A stretch of DNA of 64,000 bases from NCBI RefSeq assembly GCF_009914755.1, contig NC_060928.1; one strand, written 5' to 3'. The notes under the pieces are model-generated. The model did not search any database. It was not told the DNA's origin and saw only the letters and a list, made by a program, of their open reading frames with translations. Both the position numbers and the translations under genes were made by a program. The stretch is from the human T2T-CHM13v2.0 reference genome, Homo sapiens. Below, piece by piece: positions 37,370 to 50,297 of this stretch; the stretch's first letter is position 1; each line of letters opens with the position of its first letter.

Positions 37370-38832
37370 ACTTTTTAAAAAGTAGTTTTTAGGTTCACAG
37401 AAAAATCAAGCAGAAAGTACAGAGATTCCCTGTATATCCCACATATAGACAGCCTCCCCCATTATCAACATCCCCCACCACAGTATACATTTGTTACAAT
37501 CGATGAACCTACACTGATACATCATCATCACTCACGGTCTATAGTTTACATTAGAATTCACTCTCAGTGTCATAAATTCTCTATTTTGGATATTTATAAT
37601 GGCATGTATCCACCAGTGTATCATACAGAGTAGTTTCACAGCCCCAAAATTATTCTGCTCCCTGCCGATTCATCTCAATTTCACCCCTAACCCGCGGCAA
37701 CCACTGAATTTTTACCGTTTTGATAGTTTTACCTTTCTAGAATGCCACACAACTAGAATCATATAGTGTGTAGCATTTTCAGACTAATTTATTTCATTTG
37801 CTGATAGATATTTACGTTTCCTCTATGTATTTTCATGGCTTGGTAGCTCATTTCTTTTCAGCACTAAATAATTTTTTCATTGTTTGGATGTACAACGGTT
37901 TATTTATTCATTCACCTCTAAAGGACATATTGGTTGCTTCCAAGTTTGGGCAGTTGTAAATAAAGTTGCTATGAACATCAGTGTGTAGGTCTTTTTTGTG
38001 GACTAAGCTTTTTTCTAATCTGACTTCATACCAAAGAGTGCAATGGCTGGATTATACAATAAGAGTATGTTTAGTTTTGTAATAAGGAGCAAAACTGTTC
38101 CAAAGTATCCGTAGAGCTTGAATTCCTACTAGCAATGTATGAGAGTTCCTGTTGTTATGCATTCTTTCCAGCATTTGGTATTGTCACTTTTCTGGATTTT
38201 GACCATTCTAATGGGTGTGTAGGGGTATCTTGCTATTGTTTTAATTTACATTTTTCTGATAACATACATCAAGCAGTTTTTCATGTGTTTATTCGTCATC
38301 TGTATATCTTAGGCGAGGTATCTATTAAGGTCTTTGATGTATTTGTTAATCAGTTTACTTTTTACTGTTGAGTATATAAGATTTTTGTATATTTTAGATA
38401 ATTATTTATGAGATAAGCCTTTTGTAAATATTTTCTACAAGTCACTGGCTTTTCTTTTTGTTCTTTTGAAAGTATTTTGTTTTCATTCTTGTTTTGAAGA
38501 ACAAAAATGTTTAATTCTAATTAAGTCCAGCTCATTAATTTTTTATTTCATGGATTGTGCCTTTGTTTTTGTTTCTAGAAGTCATTGCCAAACACAAGGT
38601 CATCTAGATTTTCTTTTACATTATCTTCTAAGAGTTTCATAGGTTTGCATGTTACATTTAGGTCTTTTATTTTGAGTTGATTTCTCTGAAGGGTATAAGG
38701 TCTGTGTAAAGATTTATTTATTTTTGTATGTAGATGTCTAGCTATTTCAACACCATTTGTTGAAAATACTATTTTGCGCCACTGTATTGTTTTTGTTCCA
38801 TTGTCAAAGATCACTTGACTAGTTTTATGTGG
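37370..38832 (-). mobile_element. L1MC1/2-like 3' 1.5 kb
   Basis: cccccattatcaacatcccccacc...catttgttacaatcgatgaacctacactga; ORF 38575-38814(-) IFDNGTKTIQWRK...MKLLEDNVKENLDDL is an L1 ORF2 remnant. Confidence 0.9.
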
Positions 38833-39529
38833 TATGCTTTACTTTTGCAAAATCAATGAGCATAAACCTGAGAATTCCAGTGCTTGTCAGAATATCCCCA
38901 TTACTCCAGTTCAAAGTGTTAATTTGGTAGTGAAAAAGGTACATTCTAGAATAAATAGCAACAATTATTAATCACGTCAGTAGTTTAAAATACATAGGTA
39001 TCAAGTTGGTCACTAGAAAAATTAGTTTTATATCTATTTTCAAGACATGAAATGCTTGAATTAAAGGTTTAAATTTATAGATATAAAGATAAATAGCCTA
39101 ACTAGTGATAGTCCAATGATGATTTCAAGTTTGTAGATTTAAGTTGTATGCTTTGATTAAAAACAGATTTTGCTTTTGATAATTTAATATGGGGAAAGTG
39201 CTTCTTATCTTCTTTTGTGATTTTAATGAAACACATAGTCAAGTTGTATTGCCTGGAATTCTGTTTGATGAAGGGTCTGTAAAGGTGGCTGACAATGGGG
39301 CAACAACTTGCATTTTTACTTATTCGTGGTCCAAAAAGTTCTGAACTATATCAAGTTTGTTTGGGCAACTTTAATCCAAGTAAAACACCTTCCTATATTT
39401 CTACAGTTCTGTGCCTCACTTGTGCCTCCCCTCCTTTGTAGCATTCCATGTTAGAGATAATCTTAGTTTTTTCAGTCTGATAAATGATAGTTGTTTCTAC
39501 CTGATGCCTCACTTCTCAATACTGAGTAT

Positions 39530-39700
39530 TGCACTAATAAATGAATAATGATCTTGTAATCACAAGTTCTGTTTTTAGTTTCTGATTCTCCATCTTTACA
39601 CTACATAATCTCATAATCTCTATAAATGGGAAAAAATAATACCTAACTCATAATGGGTTGTTTCAAGTATGATAATATTAATGTTAAAATTTATTTGAAA
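39530..39700 (+). mobile_element. MIR
   Basis: tctctataaatgggaaaaataatacctaactcataatgggttg...gataatattaatgttaaa. Confidence 0.6.
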
Positions 39701-40679
39701 GGATCAATCATAATAGCTGTCATATAGCATATTCTCAAGATACTGTTTAATTCTAAATATAAAACATTTTGGGGTCACGTACATGCATTTCATATAGAAT
39801 GATTTGCAAGTAGCATCAATAGCCAAAATTTCAGGTGAAGTGCCTGGCAATAGAGAAAATATTAGGGGAATACTATCATTGTACTTAAGTAATATCAATA
39901 GGCAGCTCTCTAAGTACTTCTATTTACATATTTTGCACAGTTAACAAACTAGTATTCGCATTCTTATTATTTTAAAGCAATAGATGTAAGTTAATATAAT
40001 AATTCACAGAAATATTTGGCTAAAATTAATTTATATATTACTAGAATTATTATTACAAGTAAAAATGTCTGTTCAATATTTTAGCATTTTTAAGTACCTA
40101 GTAATATTTTGGGTCCTATTATCTCATTAAAAACTGAAAATACATCAAGCAAACATAAATGTGTTACTTGAATAGCAAAATAATAAATGGAACTGAGTCA
40201 TAAAAGTCATCTATACATATAGGAAGCTTTCTACTCACACAATAAATATTTTTGGAGCTCATAATTTCTGATATCAAGAAGGAAAATTGTATTTTGGAAC
40301 ACCTGTCATAAATCCACATGGCATTTATCTCAGAATAATTGTTTATTCTCTAGATTTGATAGCATTTGTTTAAATAATAATGATTTTATCCGAATTACTT
40401 AAAAGCAACGTGCATTTATATAATAAAGATTAGAAGAAGTTACAGCTTTCATCTCAGTAAATGTACAGTTTCACTTTGATTCAGTTTTTGGTATCAAATC
40501 AAATTCTCTTATGTGTTATAATTTATTACCCAGAATTGTTGGGAATTATTTGGATGAAAAACATCAAAGTCATTGACATTCAGTTCAAGAAACAAAGCCA
40601 TTCAAAGAGTAATCTTGAAATTTGTAGCTCGCAAACCAAAATAAACTTCCCATTTTCTCACTAATTATTTTCTGTTGAT

Positions 40680-40930
40680 AGAGGAAATGCTCTCTGAGTA
40701 GGTGACATTTACATTAAAACCTCAAAGATGATCATGAGATAAAGGAGCAAGTGCACATAAAGAAGGAGGAAAAGGCTTGGCACAGTAAAACAGAAAGACA
40801 GCCATTGCAAATGAAGATCCTGAGTGAAGTGGAAAATATGGCAAATTAATAACATAAGTGACAATGGGGATTTTCAGTTTTATTCCAAATCCAATGGAAA
40901 CCTAGTTTTTTCAAAACAGAGTGATAAACC
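40680..40930 (-). mobile_element. L2 fragment
   Basis: ctctctgagtaggtgacattt...gggattttcagttttattccaaatccaatggaaac. Confidence 0.55.
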
Positions 40931-41193
40931 TAAAAGCAATTAGAAGCTCAAAGGAAACAGAAGACATCTAGGTATTCTAAAAGTTGTACAGTTCCCTCTC
41001 ACTCTAAAGAGAGGTAATAAAATTTCCAAATTAAATTCATTAGACTAAAACTTGAATGGAATAACTATAGAGTTTTAATGTGGAAAGAAATTACCTTTAG
41101 ATATACAAAATATTATAAAACTGGAAGAAATCATATAACATAATTTAATTTAATTCAGCCATAATGGAATTCATGTACTGCAACATTCATAAA

Positions 41194-41272
41194 AGTGTAT
41201 ATGTACACACATATAGACTTGCACATGTCTATATATGTGTATATGTACATACCTATATATGCATTTATATAT
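41194..41272. repeat. TA/TG/CA low-complexity tract
   Basis: gtgtatatgtacacacatatag...atatgtgtatatgtacatacctatatatgc. Confidence 0.7.
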
Positions 41273-41315
41273 CTAATTTACACAATAGTTTAATTAGTTT
41301 AAAAGAGTTTAAACG

Positions 41316-41762
41316 TGATGCAGGATTTTTGCTTCTTGGCTCAGCTAGGTCTGGCTTCTTGTCTTATGACCACGAAGGATTAGGCATGCTGACATCAAAG
41401 AGTGAGTCAAGTAGTACTAAGTGAAAGGGAAGCAGTCAGCAAAGACAAGAGTACTGAAAGCTGGCTGCCCTCTTCACAGTTGAATACCAGGGCTTAAGGT
41501 GGGAATTCCTGGCAGCTCCACCCCATCCTTCCAGTGGGCATGCAGGCCCTTAGACCGAACTGCTCCGTATTGATTTATTTTCCCTACTGCGCATGTGCTA
41601 AGGAACGGAATTTTCCACTGCCAGCATGTTTAGGTAAGCCCCCTGTGTATGTTCCCTTATCTGCACAAAACATCTCGCGTAAGCACTTGTGGGGCAGGTC
41701 AGAGGTTCTCTAGGGACCCTTTCTTTACTGTCTGCCTAAAGCAAGCTGGCTAACTCCTTTTA
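41316..41762 (-). mobile_element. MER61 solo LTR (ERV1)
   Basis: Reverse strand starts taaaaggagttagccagcttgctttaggcagacagtaagaaagggtccctagagaacctctgacctgccccacaagtgcttac...gatgttttgtgcagataagggaac, matching recalled MER61; ends ...cctgcatca. Confidence 0.88.
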
Positions 41763-41950
41763 AAAGCATTTTCAAAGTTCTCTTAGTGTTACAGGGAAGA
41801 TAGCTTTTAGGTAAATTAAAAACTAACATAAGCATATAGTCCTCACACTTTATTTATTAGACTTGCCACTGTGTCCGATTAGCGGTATTCCTGTAATTTT
41901 ACTAAGTCATGTCAATAGCTTGATCACTTAAGGTTGTGCAAATTTATCTG

Positions 41951-41960
41951 GGGAATTTCC
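41951..41960 (+). promoter_or_regulatory. Consensus NF-kB site GGGAATTTCC
   Basis: Exact match to GGGRNWYYCC; function unproven. Confidence 0.3.
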
Positions 41961-42069
41961 TTCCAAGTATTTGCCTATGCCTTTAATGATTGAAATTAAA
42001 ACTATACTACAATGAATCTTACCCCAACCTCCCTTTGTGGTTTGTGGGAATTGGCGACCTATGATTTTG

Positions 42070-42175
42070 AAAAATGTTTCAAATTCCTGCTTTACAATTA
42101 ATTAGCTGTGTGTGTCATTTAGTATGCTGTTCAATCTCTCTGTGCTTCAAATTGGAATTTAAAAAGTGAAATGGA
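42070..42175 (+). mobile_element. MIR fragment
   Basis: ttcaaattcctgctttacaattaattagctgtgtg...caatctctctgtgcttca. Confidence 0.6.
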
Positions 42176-43089
42176 ATTCTATATAATCATTTGGATTCTC
42201 TCCCAGTAATACAATTTGATTTTTTCTCCTCATCTTAATTCTCTTCTATTCTCTACAAGATTTTCTAACTTGGTCAGAGGGAGGTCTTTCTCTGACTGAA
42301 TCAATACTTGTTATGGAGTGAGGCAATCTTTAAACACAGGATATATCTGAGATTCAGTTGACTCGATTCCTGAGTTCAGCTAAAATACATTAAACATGTT
42401 TTCTATGTTCTTAATCTTCCTTGAAAGCAAGCTAGCAGGCAAAAAAATATATTCAATTCTTATCAGCTTAGCCCAAACTGTAAGAAGCAAAATCCTCTAT
42501 CCTAAATAAGCATTTGGTGTACAAATGAATGTGACAGGCTTACAATAAGAAAAAAAATAAGTGCCTCTGAGGAACTGGAACTCGTTCCATGCTAAAGTAC
42601 AGGTTGTGGCCTGTGTTGCAGTAAAACTAAATTAAATAAAAAGCAAGCAAGCAAGATGATAAAATACTGAAATATCAGTGTAGTGCATAATTAAACTTCT
42701 AATTTCATTGACACTTTATTTTGAGAAAATGGAAAATAAAATGCCTATTTAATGGACTATATTGACTCGATGGGAGACTAGTAAATTTCAGACATCTCTT
42801 TTAATTGAAGAAAAGCTGATAATAGAACCAAAGTGCACCTTTCTGTGAATCGAAGCCCATTTTAAGTGGAATGAGCACGTCTATGTGCATATGAATTATA
42901 AATGAATAAGTCATAAACGTTGGAAGGTCAGTAAAGTGCTTCAATGCTAATATTTTCCATTTTCATGACTGCAAATTACACATAAGATGTTTATAAATAA
43001 GCACTTATTTTACTTCTTCCAAAATGAAACTTTGACTGGATTTACTGTTATTGTTGTTTTTTCCTCTATGTATATCTGTGATTTACAAC

Positions 43090-43307
43090 TCAAAGTGATT
43101 CCTCAACAGGGGATATTTGGAATATCTGGATATATTTTTGCTTTTCACAGCTGGGTGAGTAGGGGTAGGAGGTTGCTACTGGCATCCTTTGAGAGAGGCC
43201 AAGAATGCTGCCAAGCAATGTACAGGACAGCAACATCCTATCTCCCAACAAAAAATTGTTTAGCCCAAAATTTCACTATATCACTCATCTGAGGTTGAGA
43301 AACCCTG
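43090..43307 (+). mobile_element. MER20 (hAT-Charlie DNA transposon)
   Basis: caggggatatttggaatatctgga...tgctactggcatc...gaggccaagaatgctgc...caatgtacaggacagc...gcccaaaat...gaggttgagaaaccctg. Confidence 0.85.
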
Positions 43308-44084
43308 ACTGATATTAATAAAATATTACTCCACTATCCATTTCACTTAAAGAGTGGATTTTGTAAGCTCAGTTTATTAAATTGCATAATATAAAGAAAG
43401 AAAAAAGGAGAAGCAATTGTGATTTTTTAATTAGGATGAACACATAATGCAAATAATTTTTTTAAATCACATCTATGACAGAACCCCAATTATATAACTG
43501 TATTATTCTCAGGTAGCATTGAATTTTTGGTTTACTATAACTCTGACTGTAGTCTACTTTGTCTCTCTCACTTAAATACAATCAAGACAACAAATGCCAT
43601 GTGCTAAAGTAGAGATACTAATCCAAATTTAGAATTAGATAGAGCACACGTCTCATTAAGAAATATTAGAATATAACATAATAAAAATAAATTAAGTAGA
43701 CATGCTGCATGAAGAAAAAACTATATTTTTGCTTTATTTTACCTAAAGAGCAATTAGAAAATATATCTTTGCAGCAGACTAATTGCCAAGTATGGAGTCA
43801 TCTGCTATTTCAACCAGACTCTTGTTACAAATGTTTAGGCAAACATTTAAGAATAATATAATAATCTAAAGTATACACATATTATTTTAAAAAGTAACAT
43901 GTTTCCTCAAAAATTGGAAAGTCAAAGAAGCACAAAAATTGAAGATATAAATTGTGTATAATTGTGATGATAATATTTTATGAAGTGATTCTCTTCCCTA
44001 GCCATTTCCAGGAACAATTGTATAAAGATTGCATTGAATCTCATTACAGAAATTTATCCAAATATAAGTATCCAATCCTTTATT

Positions 44085-45050
44085 AATTCATACATTCATT
44101 AATATAATGAATATTTGAATTTTTAGTGTATACTAGGAACTCACTGAAGGTAGACTTGGAAACAAACTAAATAAATTACCTCACATTATATTTTGAACTG
44201 ACGTATTACTATGAAGAATAAATGTGTACATGTTTTGAGAAGTAATAAATGTTATGAATAAAAGTAAGAGCTATGTAGACAAAAAGTTATTGTCAAGGGT
44301 GCATGGCTACAGTCATAGGATGGGCAAGGAAGGAATCTTTGAGGAGGTTACATTTGGACAGAGGCCTGAGTGAACTTATCTCTCTCAACTGAGAACCATA
44401 TTTCTCAAATGCAAAAACATCAATTGCAAAGATTCTGATATAGGACGATACTTGGCATTATGCAGAAAAGATAACTAAACCAGAGTGACTGAAGCAAGAT
44501 AAGGGGAAGAGGGGCTTGGGCAGACAAAGACATGTAGGCTGTGTTTAGGAGGCTGAACTTTAAGTGGGATGAGAGGCCACCTAAGAAAGTGAAATAATAC
44601 ATCTAAGTTGGAGAAAGAGCACTCTGCTTGCTATGTGAAAAATAAAGAGAAAGCACATAGAAGTATATCTGGGGAACCAGTTAGGAATTTGCAAGACATG
44701 CAAGATATAAGAGGGACCTGTACTAGGGTGATACTGGAGGAAGAGAATAGTACAAATTAGGGTGTCCAATCTTTAGGCTTCCCTGGGCCACAATGAAATA
44801 ATTGTCTTGGGCCACATGTAAAATACGCTAACACTAATTATAGCTGATGTCCTAAAAAAAAAAAAACACCAAAAAAATCTCAAAATGTTTTAAGAAAGTT
44901 TATGAAATTGTGTTGGGCTGCATTCAAAGCCATCCTGGGCTTAATGTGCCCCACAGGCTGCCAGCTGGACAAGCTTGATTTAGTGCATAATTTGAAGTAG
45001 AGCTAATAGGCATTGCTCAAAGCTTGGACGATTTATGAGAAAAACAGAGA
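44085..45050 (-). mobile_element. L2a interrupted by MER30
   Basis: attcatacattcatt...ctttgaggaggttacatttggacagaggcctgagtga...agcactctgcttgctatgtga...ttgaagtagagctaatagg. Confidence 0.75.
44758..44977 (+). mobile_element. MER30 (hAT-Charlie MITE)
   Basis: ggggtgtccaatctttaggcttccctgggccaca...aattgtcttgggccaca...gttttaagaaagtttatgaa...gcattcaaagccatcctggg...ggacaagcttg. Confidence 0.92.
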
Positions 45051-45054
45051 AAGG

Positions 45055-45122
45055 CAGATGGAGATAGAGATAAATATAGACATAGAGAGATAGAGACAGA
45101 GATAGAGATGATAGAGATAGAG
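45055..45122. repeat. (GAGATA)n degenerate microsatellite
   Basis: gagatagagataaatatagacatagagagatagagacagagatagag... Confidence 0.85.
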
Positions 45123-45124
45123 GT

Positions 45125-45491
45125 GGATAATTTATAAAGAAAAGAGGTTTAATTGGCTCACAGTTCTGCAGGCTGTGTAAGCATGGTGGTTCATCTGCTC
45201 AGCTTCTGGGGAGGCCTTTGGGAGCTTCTACTCATGGCAGAAGACAAAGAAGGAGCAGGCACATCACATGGTGAAAGCAGGAGCAAGAGGTTTGTAGGGT
45301 GTCACATACTTTCAAGTAACCAGATCTCACAAGAACTCACTCACTATTGTGAGGACAACACCAAAAGTATGGTGCTAAATCACTCATGAGAAATCCATTC
45401 CTATGATTCAGTCATCTCCCACTCCCCATCTCAAATATTAGGGATTACAATTCAACATGAGATGATGGGGTCATAGATTGAAACGATGTCA
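45125..45491 (-). mobile_element. MSTB/MSTA-like MaLR LTR
   Basis: taatttataaagaaaagaggtttaattggctcacagttctgcaggctg...catctgctcagcttctggggaggcct...gggattacaattcaacatgagat. Confidence 0.88.
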
Positions 45492-45554
45492 ATATCCCTT
45501 CTTCAGTGAATTGCATATTCATGTCATTTGTTTCTGTTTTTCTCAATGGTTGAT

Positions 45555-45850
45555 CAGTATTAGAATGTGAGGACTTTGGGAGTTAATCAGGTCATGAAAG
45601 CAGAACCTCATGAATGGGGTTAGTACCTATAAAAGAGACCCCAGATAATTGATTTGTCCTTTCTACCATGTGAGAACACAATCAGAAGGGGCCATCTATG
45701 AACCAGGATACAGGTTCTCACCAGACACTGAATCTGCTGGTTCTTTAATCTTGGACTTCCAGCCTCCACAGATGGGAGAACTACATTTTTATCCTTTATA
45801 AGCTACCCAGTTGATGGTATTTTGTTATGGTAGGCAAATGGACTGAGACA
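45555..45850 (+). mobile_element. MLT1A/MSTD-like MaLR LTR (3' part)
   Basis: ggtcatgaaagcagaacctcatgaatgggg...ataaaagagacccca...atcttggacttccagcctcca...tataagctacccag...ggactgagaca. Confidence 0.82.
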
Positions 45851-46139
45851 CTTTATATACACATTATATTAACCCGTGCAGTGTATGTTGTAAACATTCT
45901 CTCAGGTTTCCATTTACATTTAGATTTTTATTCACCTTCTGTTACAAAAAAAAAAAATTACTTATTGTTTGAAAAATCAATTGAATTTACCTGTAACAGG
46001 TTCTTACTTTTATATTTAAAAACACCTCCATTGAACAAATATGTTTAAAGTATATTATCTTCAATGTGATTATGTATTTATCTCTCATTAGGTCAATATT
46101 TTCTTTTAATTTTTTGGTGATTTATTTAACCCTTAAACC

Positions 46140-46550
46140 CCTATTTACTTATCTAACTATTTTAGAACTTTTATTGATAAATAAATGCCAGGCACTGTAC
46201 TAGGGGTCAGGGGGAAAATTGTTTTCAAAAATAAAAATGGTGTCATTCTTTGTGAATTTACACATGAGAAATACAGAAATCAGATAACCACTAAACTACA
46301 TAGAAAATTCAACATTCCAAGGTGCTGCAAAGGAGAGGAATCAAGCTCTCTGCTTGGATATAAAAGACAGCTGAGATTTCAAGAGAGATCAGAAAAGGCA
46401 TTTTTATGGAAGTCTCAGGATAACATCTGAAAACCAGGTATAGGAGTTTCAAGGAACATTCTAACAGGAAAAACATTTATTCAGAGATTTACCTCAAAGA
46501 GGAACATTCGGTGTTCAAGAAGCTGAAAAAATTTCAATTATTTAAGAAGA
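46140..46550 (-). mobile_element. L2
   Basis: atgccaggcactgtactagggg...tcagaaaaggcattttt...aggaacattctaacaggaa. Confidence 0.65.
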
Positions 46551-46553
46551 GAA

Positions 46554-46893
46554 TGCCTTAGTCCAGTTTGGCTGCTATAACAAAATACTATAAACTGGGG
46601 GGCTAATAAACAACAGAAATTTATTTCTCACATTTCTAGAGGCTGAGAAGTCCAAGATCAACACACCTACAGATTTCAGTGTCTAATGAAGGCTTTCTAG
46701 TTGTACTCTCACATGGCAGAAAGGGCATATGAGCTCCCTCAGGCCCTTTTTATAAGGGCACTAACCTCATTCATGAGGGTTCTGACTTCATGACCTAGTA
46801 AATCCCAAAAGCCTCACCTCCTACTACCATCACCTTAGGGGCTAGGATAGCAACAATGAATTTTGTGGGAATATAAATATCCATACCCTAGCA
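46554..46893 (-). mobile_element. MLT1A0 solo LTR
   Basis: ggctgctataacaaaatac...aacaacagaaatttatttctcaca...gaagtccaagatca...tataagggcactaacctcattcatgaggg; TSD gagaa/gtgaa. Confidence 0.9.
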
Positions 46894-48671
46894 GTGAAGT
46901 AGAATTTGAAAGTAATCTTTCTTCCAAATAGTAAATACATTTTTCAGAATTAATAATTAAATTATTCACTCCCCACCTTTATTATGTACAACTATTTTTA
47001 CATTTGTGTGAGGGTCTTAGGTTATTTGTGTCTTAGGAAACAAATATTTCTGTCTATCCTTTCATGATAGACACAATAAATTGGTCAGATTATCAGGTAG
47101 CTTTAATCATTTGTCTCTTACAATATTAGAAAAATGCATTTTAAATTAAAAGCTATTTTTGAAATTATGCAAATGAGGCAACAATTTATAATCACTTATA
47201 CTTTTTTTTAATGCCAACAATTGTTTACTTCTTGGTACCTGATGATTGAATTTTTAGCCACCTCATATTTAATGGTGTGTCTTAATCCATAGCAAAACAA
47301 TTAAAATCAGTGAAGTCAAAGAAATGCATGCTATTTTTTGAACAGCTCTCCAATGAAAGTTTGCCTTTACATGTGCTTCAATAAGTATTATAATAAAAAA
47401 TAACTATACCGATTATCTTTTGAGAGCTTACTATGATTCACTGTCTTAAAAGCATTTCAGGCATATTATTTGATACTTAAAAATTCAACAGGAGATATGC
47501 ATAATTTAACACATTTTATTAATAAGAAAATTAAGTTTCTGTGACAAATCCACAGTCACACACAATGATTCCAGAACCACTCTTATTTCAAAAGCCATGT
47601 GCTTAATTCCATTATTAATCAGTATTTATTGTTTCCTCCAATTATATTATAGAGTAGTGGTTAAATTGAGTTTGGAAAATCAAGTCTCTACATTTTTTCT
47701 AATTTCCAACTGGATTGATATATTTTTGGCTTCTCAGCTTAAACAAATAAAGCCATATGATTTATGTCAGGAAAAAACACTCTGGTGGTTACTGTGGCAT
47801 AAATATTAGCACACCTCATCCCCCAAACATTTCAATGTACTTGATAAAGACTCAGCTCCGAATCATTTGATAAACTTGGCCTAGAATGCAGAATTTGGAA
47901 TTACCTCTGGCAACATAAGCAAGACAATTATTTATTCCAGATTCTTGATTTATGCTGTGTAGTAAACAGTGGTTCTGAAGAACATATTATTCTTTTAGTT
48001 ATAGATTTTTATGCTAAAGCTCCAACTCAAAATCACAAGAATTTAGAATTATATTTCTCAAAAACAACCATTCATACATACCTGTATATATTGTCTCCCT
48101 TTGAGGCATATAGCAATTTAAATGAAATCTTAACTTTTAAACTTAAAAATTTGTGTTTAGTAATAAACATTTATTCCTGCAAATGGAATTACTACTCAAA
48201 TAACAAATACATATGTGGAATCACCAGATTTTAATACCTCACATGAAAACAGTTGTGGCAGAGAATGCTGTGTAGTTTAAGACCCCTGAGGGGTGAATAA
48301 TTTTAAATCAATGACATTGTATATTATGCTTCTGAAATACAGCCTCTCGAAGGAGTTTCCCAGCAACACTGGTAAACATTATGCCATCTGTATAATTACT
48401 CTACATAGTTTTCATTCCTTTAACTTAAAAGGCATTTTTTTAAAAAAGGACAATATTAGAAACGGATTACTCTAAAAAAAACTGACAAAATTTATCTGAA
48501 ACATGAGCATCAGTTACACTGCAGTTAGTTATACTGCAGACTTCATTAGCTAAAATACATTACGGTCAAGTAGATGATACTTGGTAGCTTCTCTTCACAA
48601 AGTAGTCTAATCACCCAGACTCCTCTATCTCATAATTCTACTATTCACTAGATCCCAATTCATTCTGCAAG

Positions 48672-49063
48672 TGTTGGATAATGGATAGTGAATGTTGTGG
48701 TGTTCTGATAACTGGAATGTTGGCCTTTGAGGACTCAAAGCTAAGTGCCTCTCAGACATTGCTATGGTCTTAAAAAAAATTATCTTATCCAAAGTTACTC
48801 TTCTTTCCAGAGGCTATATACATAACTGACGACTGGTCATAAGAAGTACGAAGCCCATTCCTTTGCCCTAGGTGTCGCCATCTTTGAAAGGCCATTCTGC
48901 TGGAGAACTTGCTGTGGGATTGGTTGCACAGGGAAGTGTTCAGCTCCACTCTCTGTCCATCCTGCTATCTTCAGTTCCTCACAACCATTATTCCTGAGAA
49001 TTTTCCCAAATAAACCGCCAGCATGCAAACACATCTGCCTAGTGGAGAACCAAATTACAAGAG
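48672..49063 (+). mobile_element. LTR33 (ERVL) solo LTR
   Basis: gactggtcataagaagtacgaagcc...ctttgaaaggccattctgctggagaactt...ctctctgtccatcctgct...aataaaccgccagcatgcaaac...ggagaacc. Confidence 0.7.
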
Positions 49064-49268
49064 AAGGAAGACAATGTGTGGAAGGTATACTCCTATTTCT
49101 TAAAATGCCTTGCCTAGAAGCCATGCATACCACTTTCATTCATCTTGTAATAGCTAGAACTAATCTCATGACTACATATAGATGCAAGACTACTGGGATA
49201 TATATTGTTCCCCTGGAACACTGCTACAAGAGAAAAGGAAAACACAAATCAATGTCATGGTGGATATG

Positions 49269-49636
49269 CATCTTAGCTGTGGTTGCCATAACAACATACA
49301 ATAGACGTGACTTACACAATACACAGTTATTTCCCACAGTTCTGTATGCTGAAAATGTGAGATTAGAGTGGCAGCATAATCAGGTTCTAATGAGGACCCT
49401 CTTCCTGGCTTACAGAAGGCTGGATTCTTGGTGTATCCTCATATGGTTGAGAGAGCAGACTCTACTATCTTCTCCTCCTCTTATGAGTACTCTAATCCCT
49501 TCAAGGGGGCTCTGACTTCATGATCTCATCTAAACCTCATTAGCTTCCAAAGACTCTACCTTCTCATATCATCACATTGGGGGTTAGAGCTTCAATGTAT
49601 GAATTTTGGAGAGACACAAACATTTGGTTCATAACA
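49269..49636 (-). mobile_element. MLT1A-like solo LTR
   Basis: ggttgccataacaacatac...tatttcccacagttctg...atcacattgggggttagagcttcaatgtatgaattttgg...ataaca; exact 5-bp TSD atatg. Confidence 0.88.
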
Positions 49637-50000
49637 ATATGTGAAGGGCTACTTTCAGAAAATGGGAGAGTTAGAATGAAAGTGGGTTTAAATTGCTATA
49701 ATGCTTCAAGTACAACAATGAGATTTCCTTTTTACTTATGCTTACATTTAATCTGGGTATGGGAAAAAATCGACTAATATTCTGTTTCATGGAATAATAT
49801 TTTTTCAAGTAAGTTCAAAATAAATATATTTCTTTTTTCAAGATAATTTGATGATATGCATCATTCATTCACCTCACAAGTATTTTTAAAGTACTTCCTG
49901 TGCATTTTGCCAGACAATGGGAATCAGCTATAGAAAGACCAAATCTATATTCATATAGTGTTCATATCATATTGGTGAAAGGGAAAAATAAATACATAAC

Positions 50001-50297
<297 letters not shown>

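Noticed and set aside
49042-49515. Longest ORF (157 aa)
   Set aside because: Runs across LTR33 and MLT1 repeat boundaries, has a non-ATG start (gtg) and no recognisable domain; a chance ORF.
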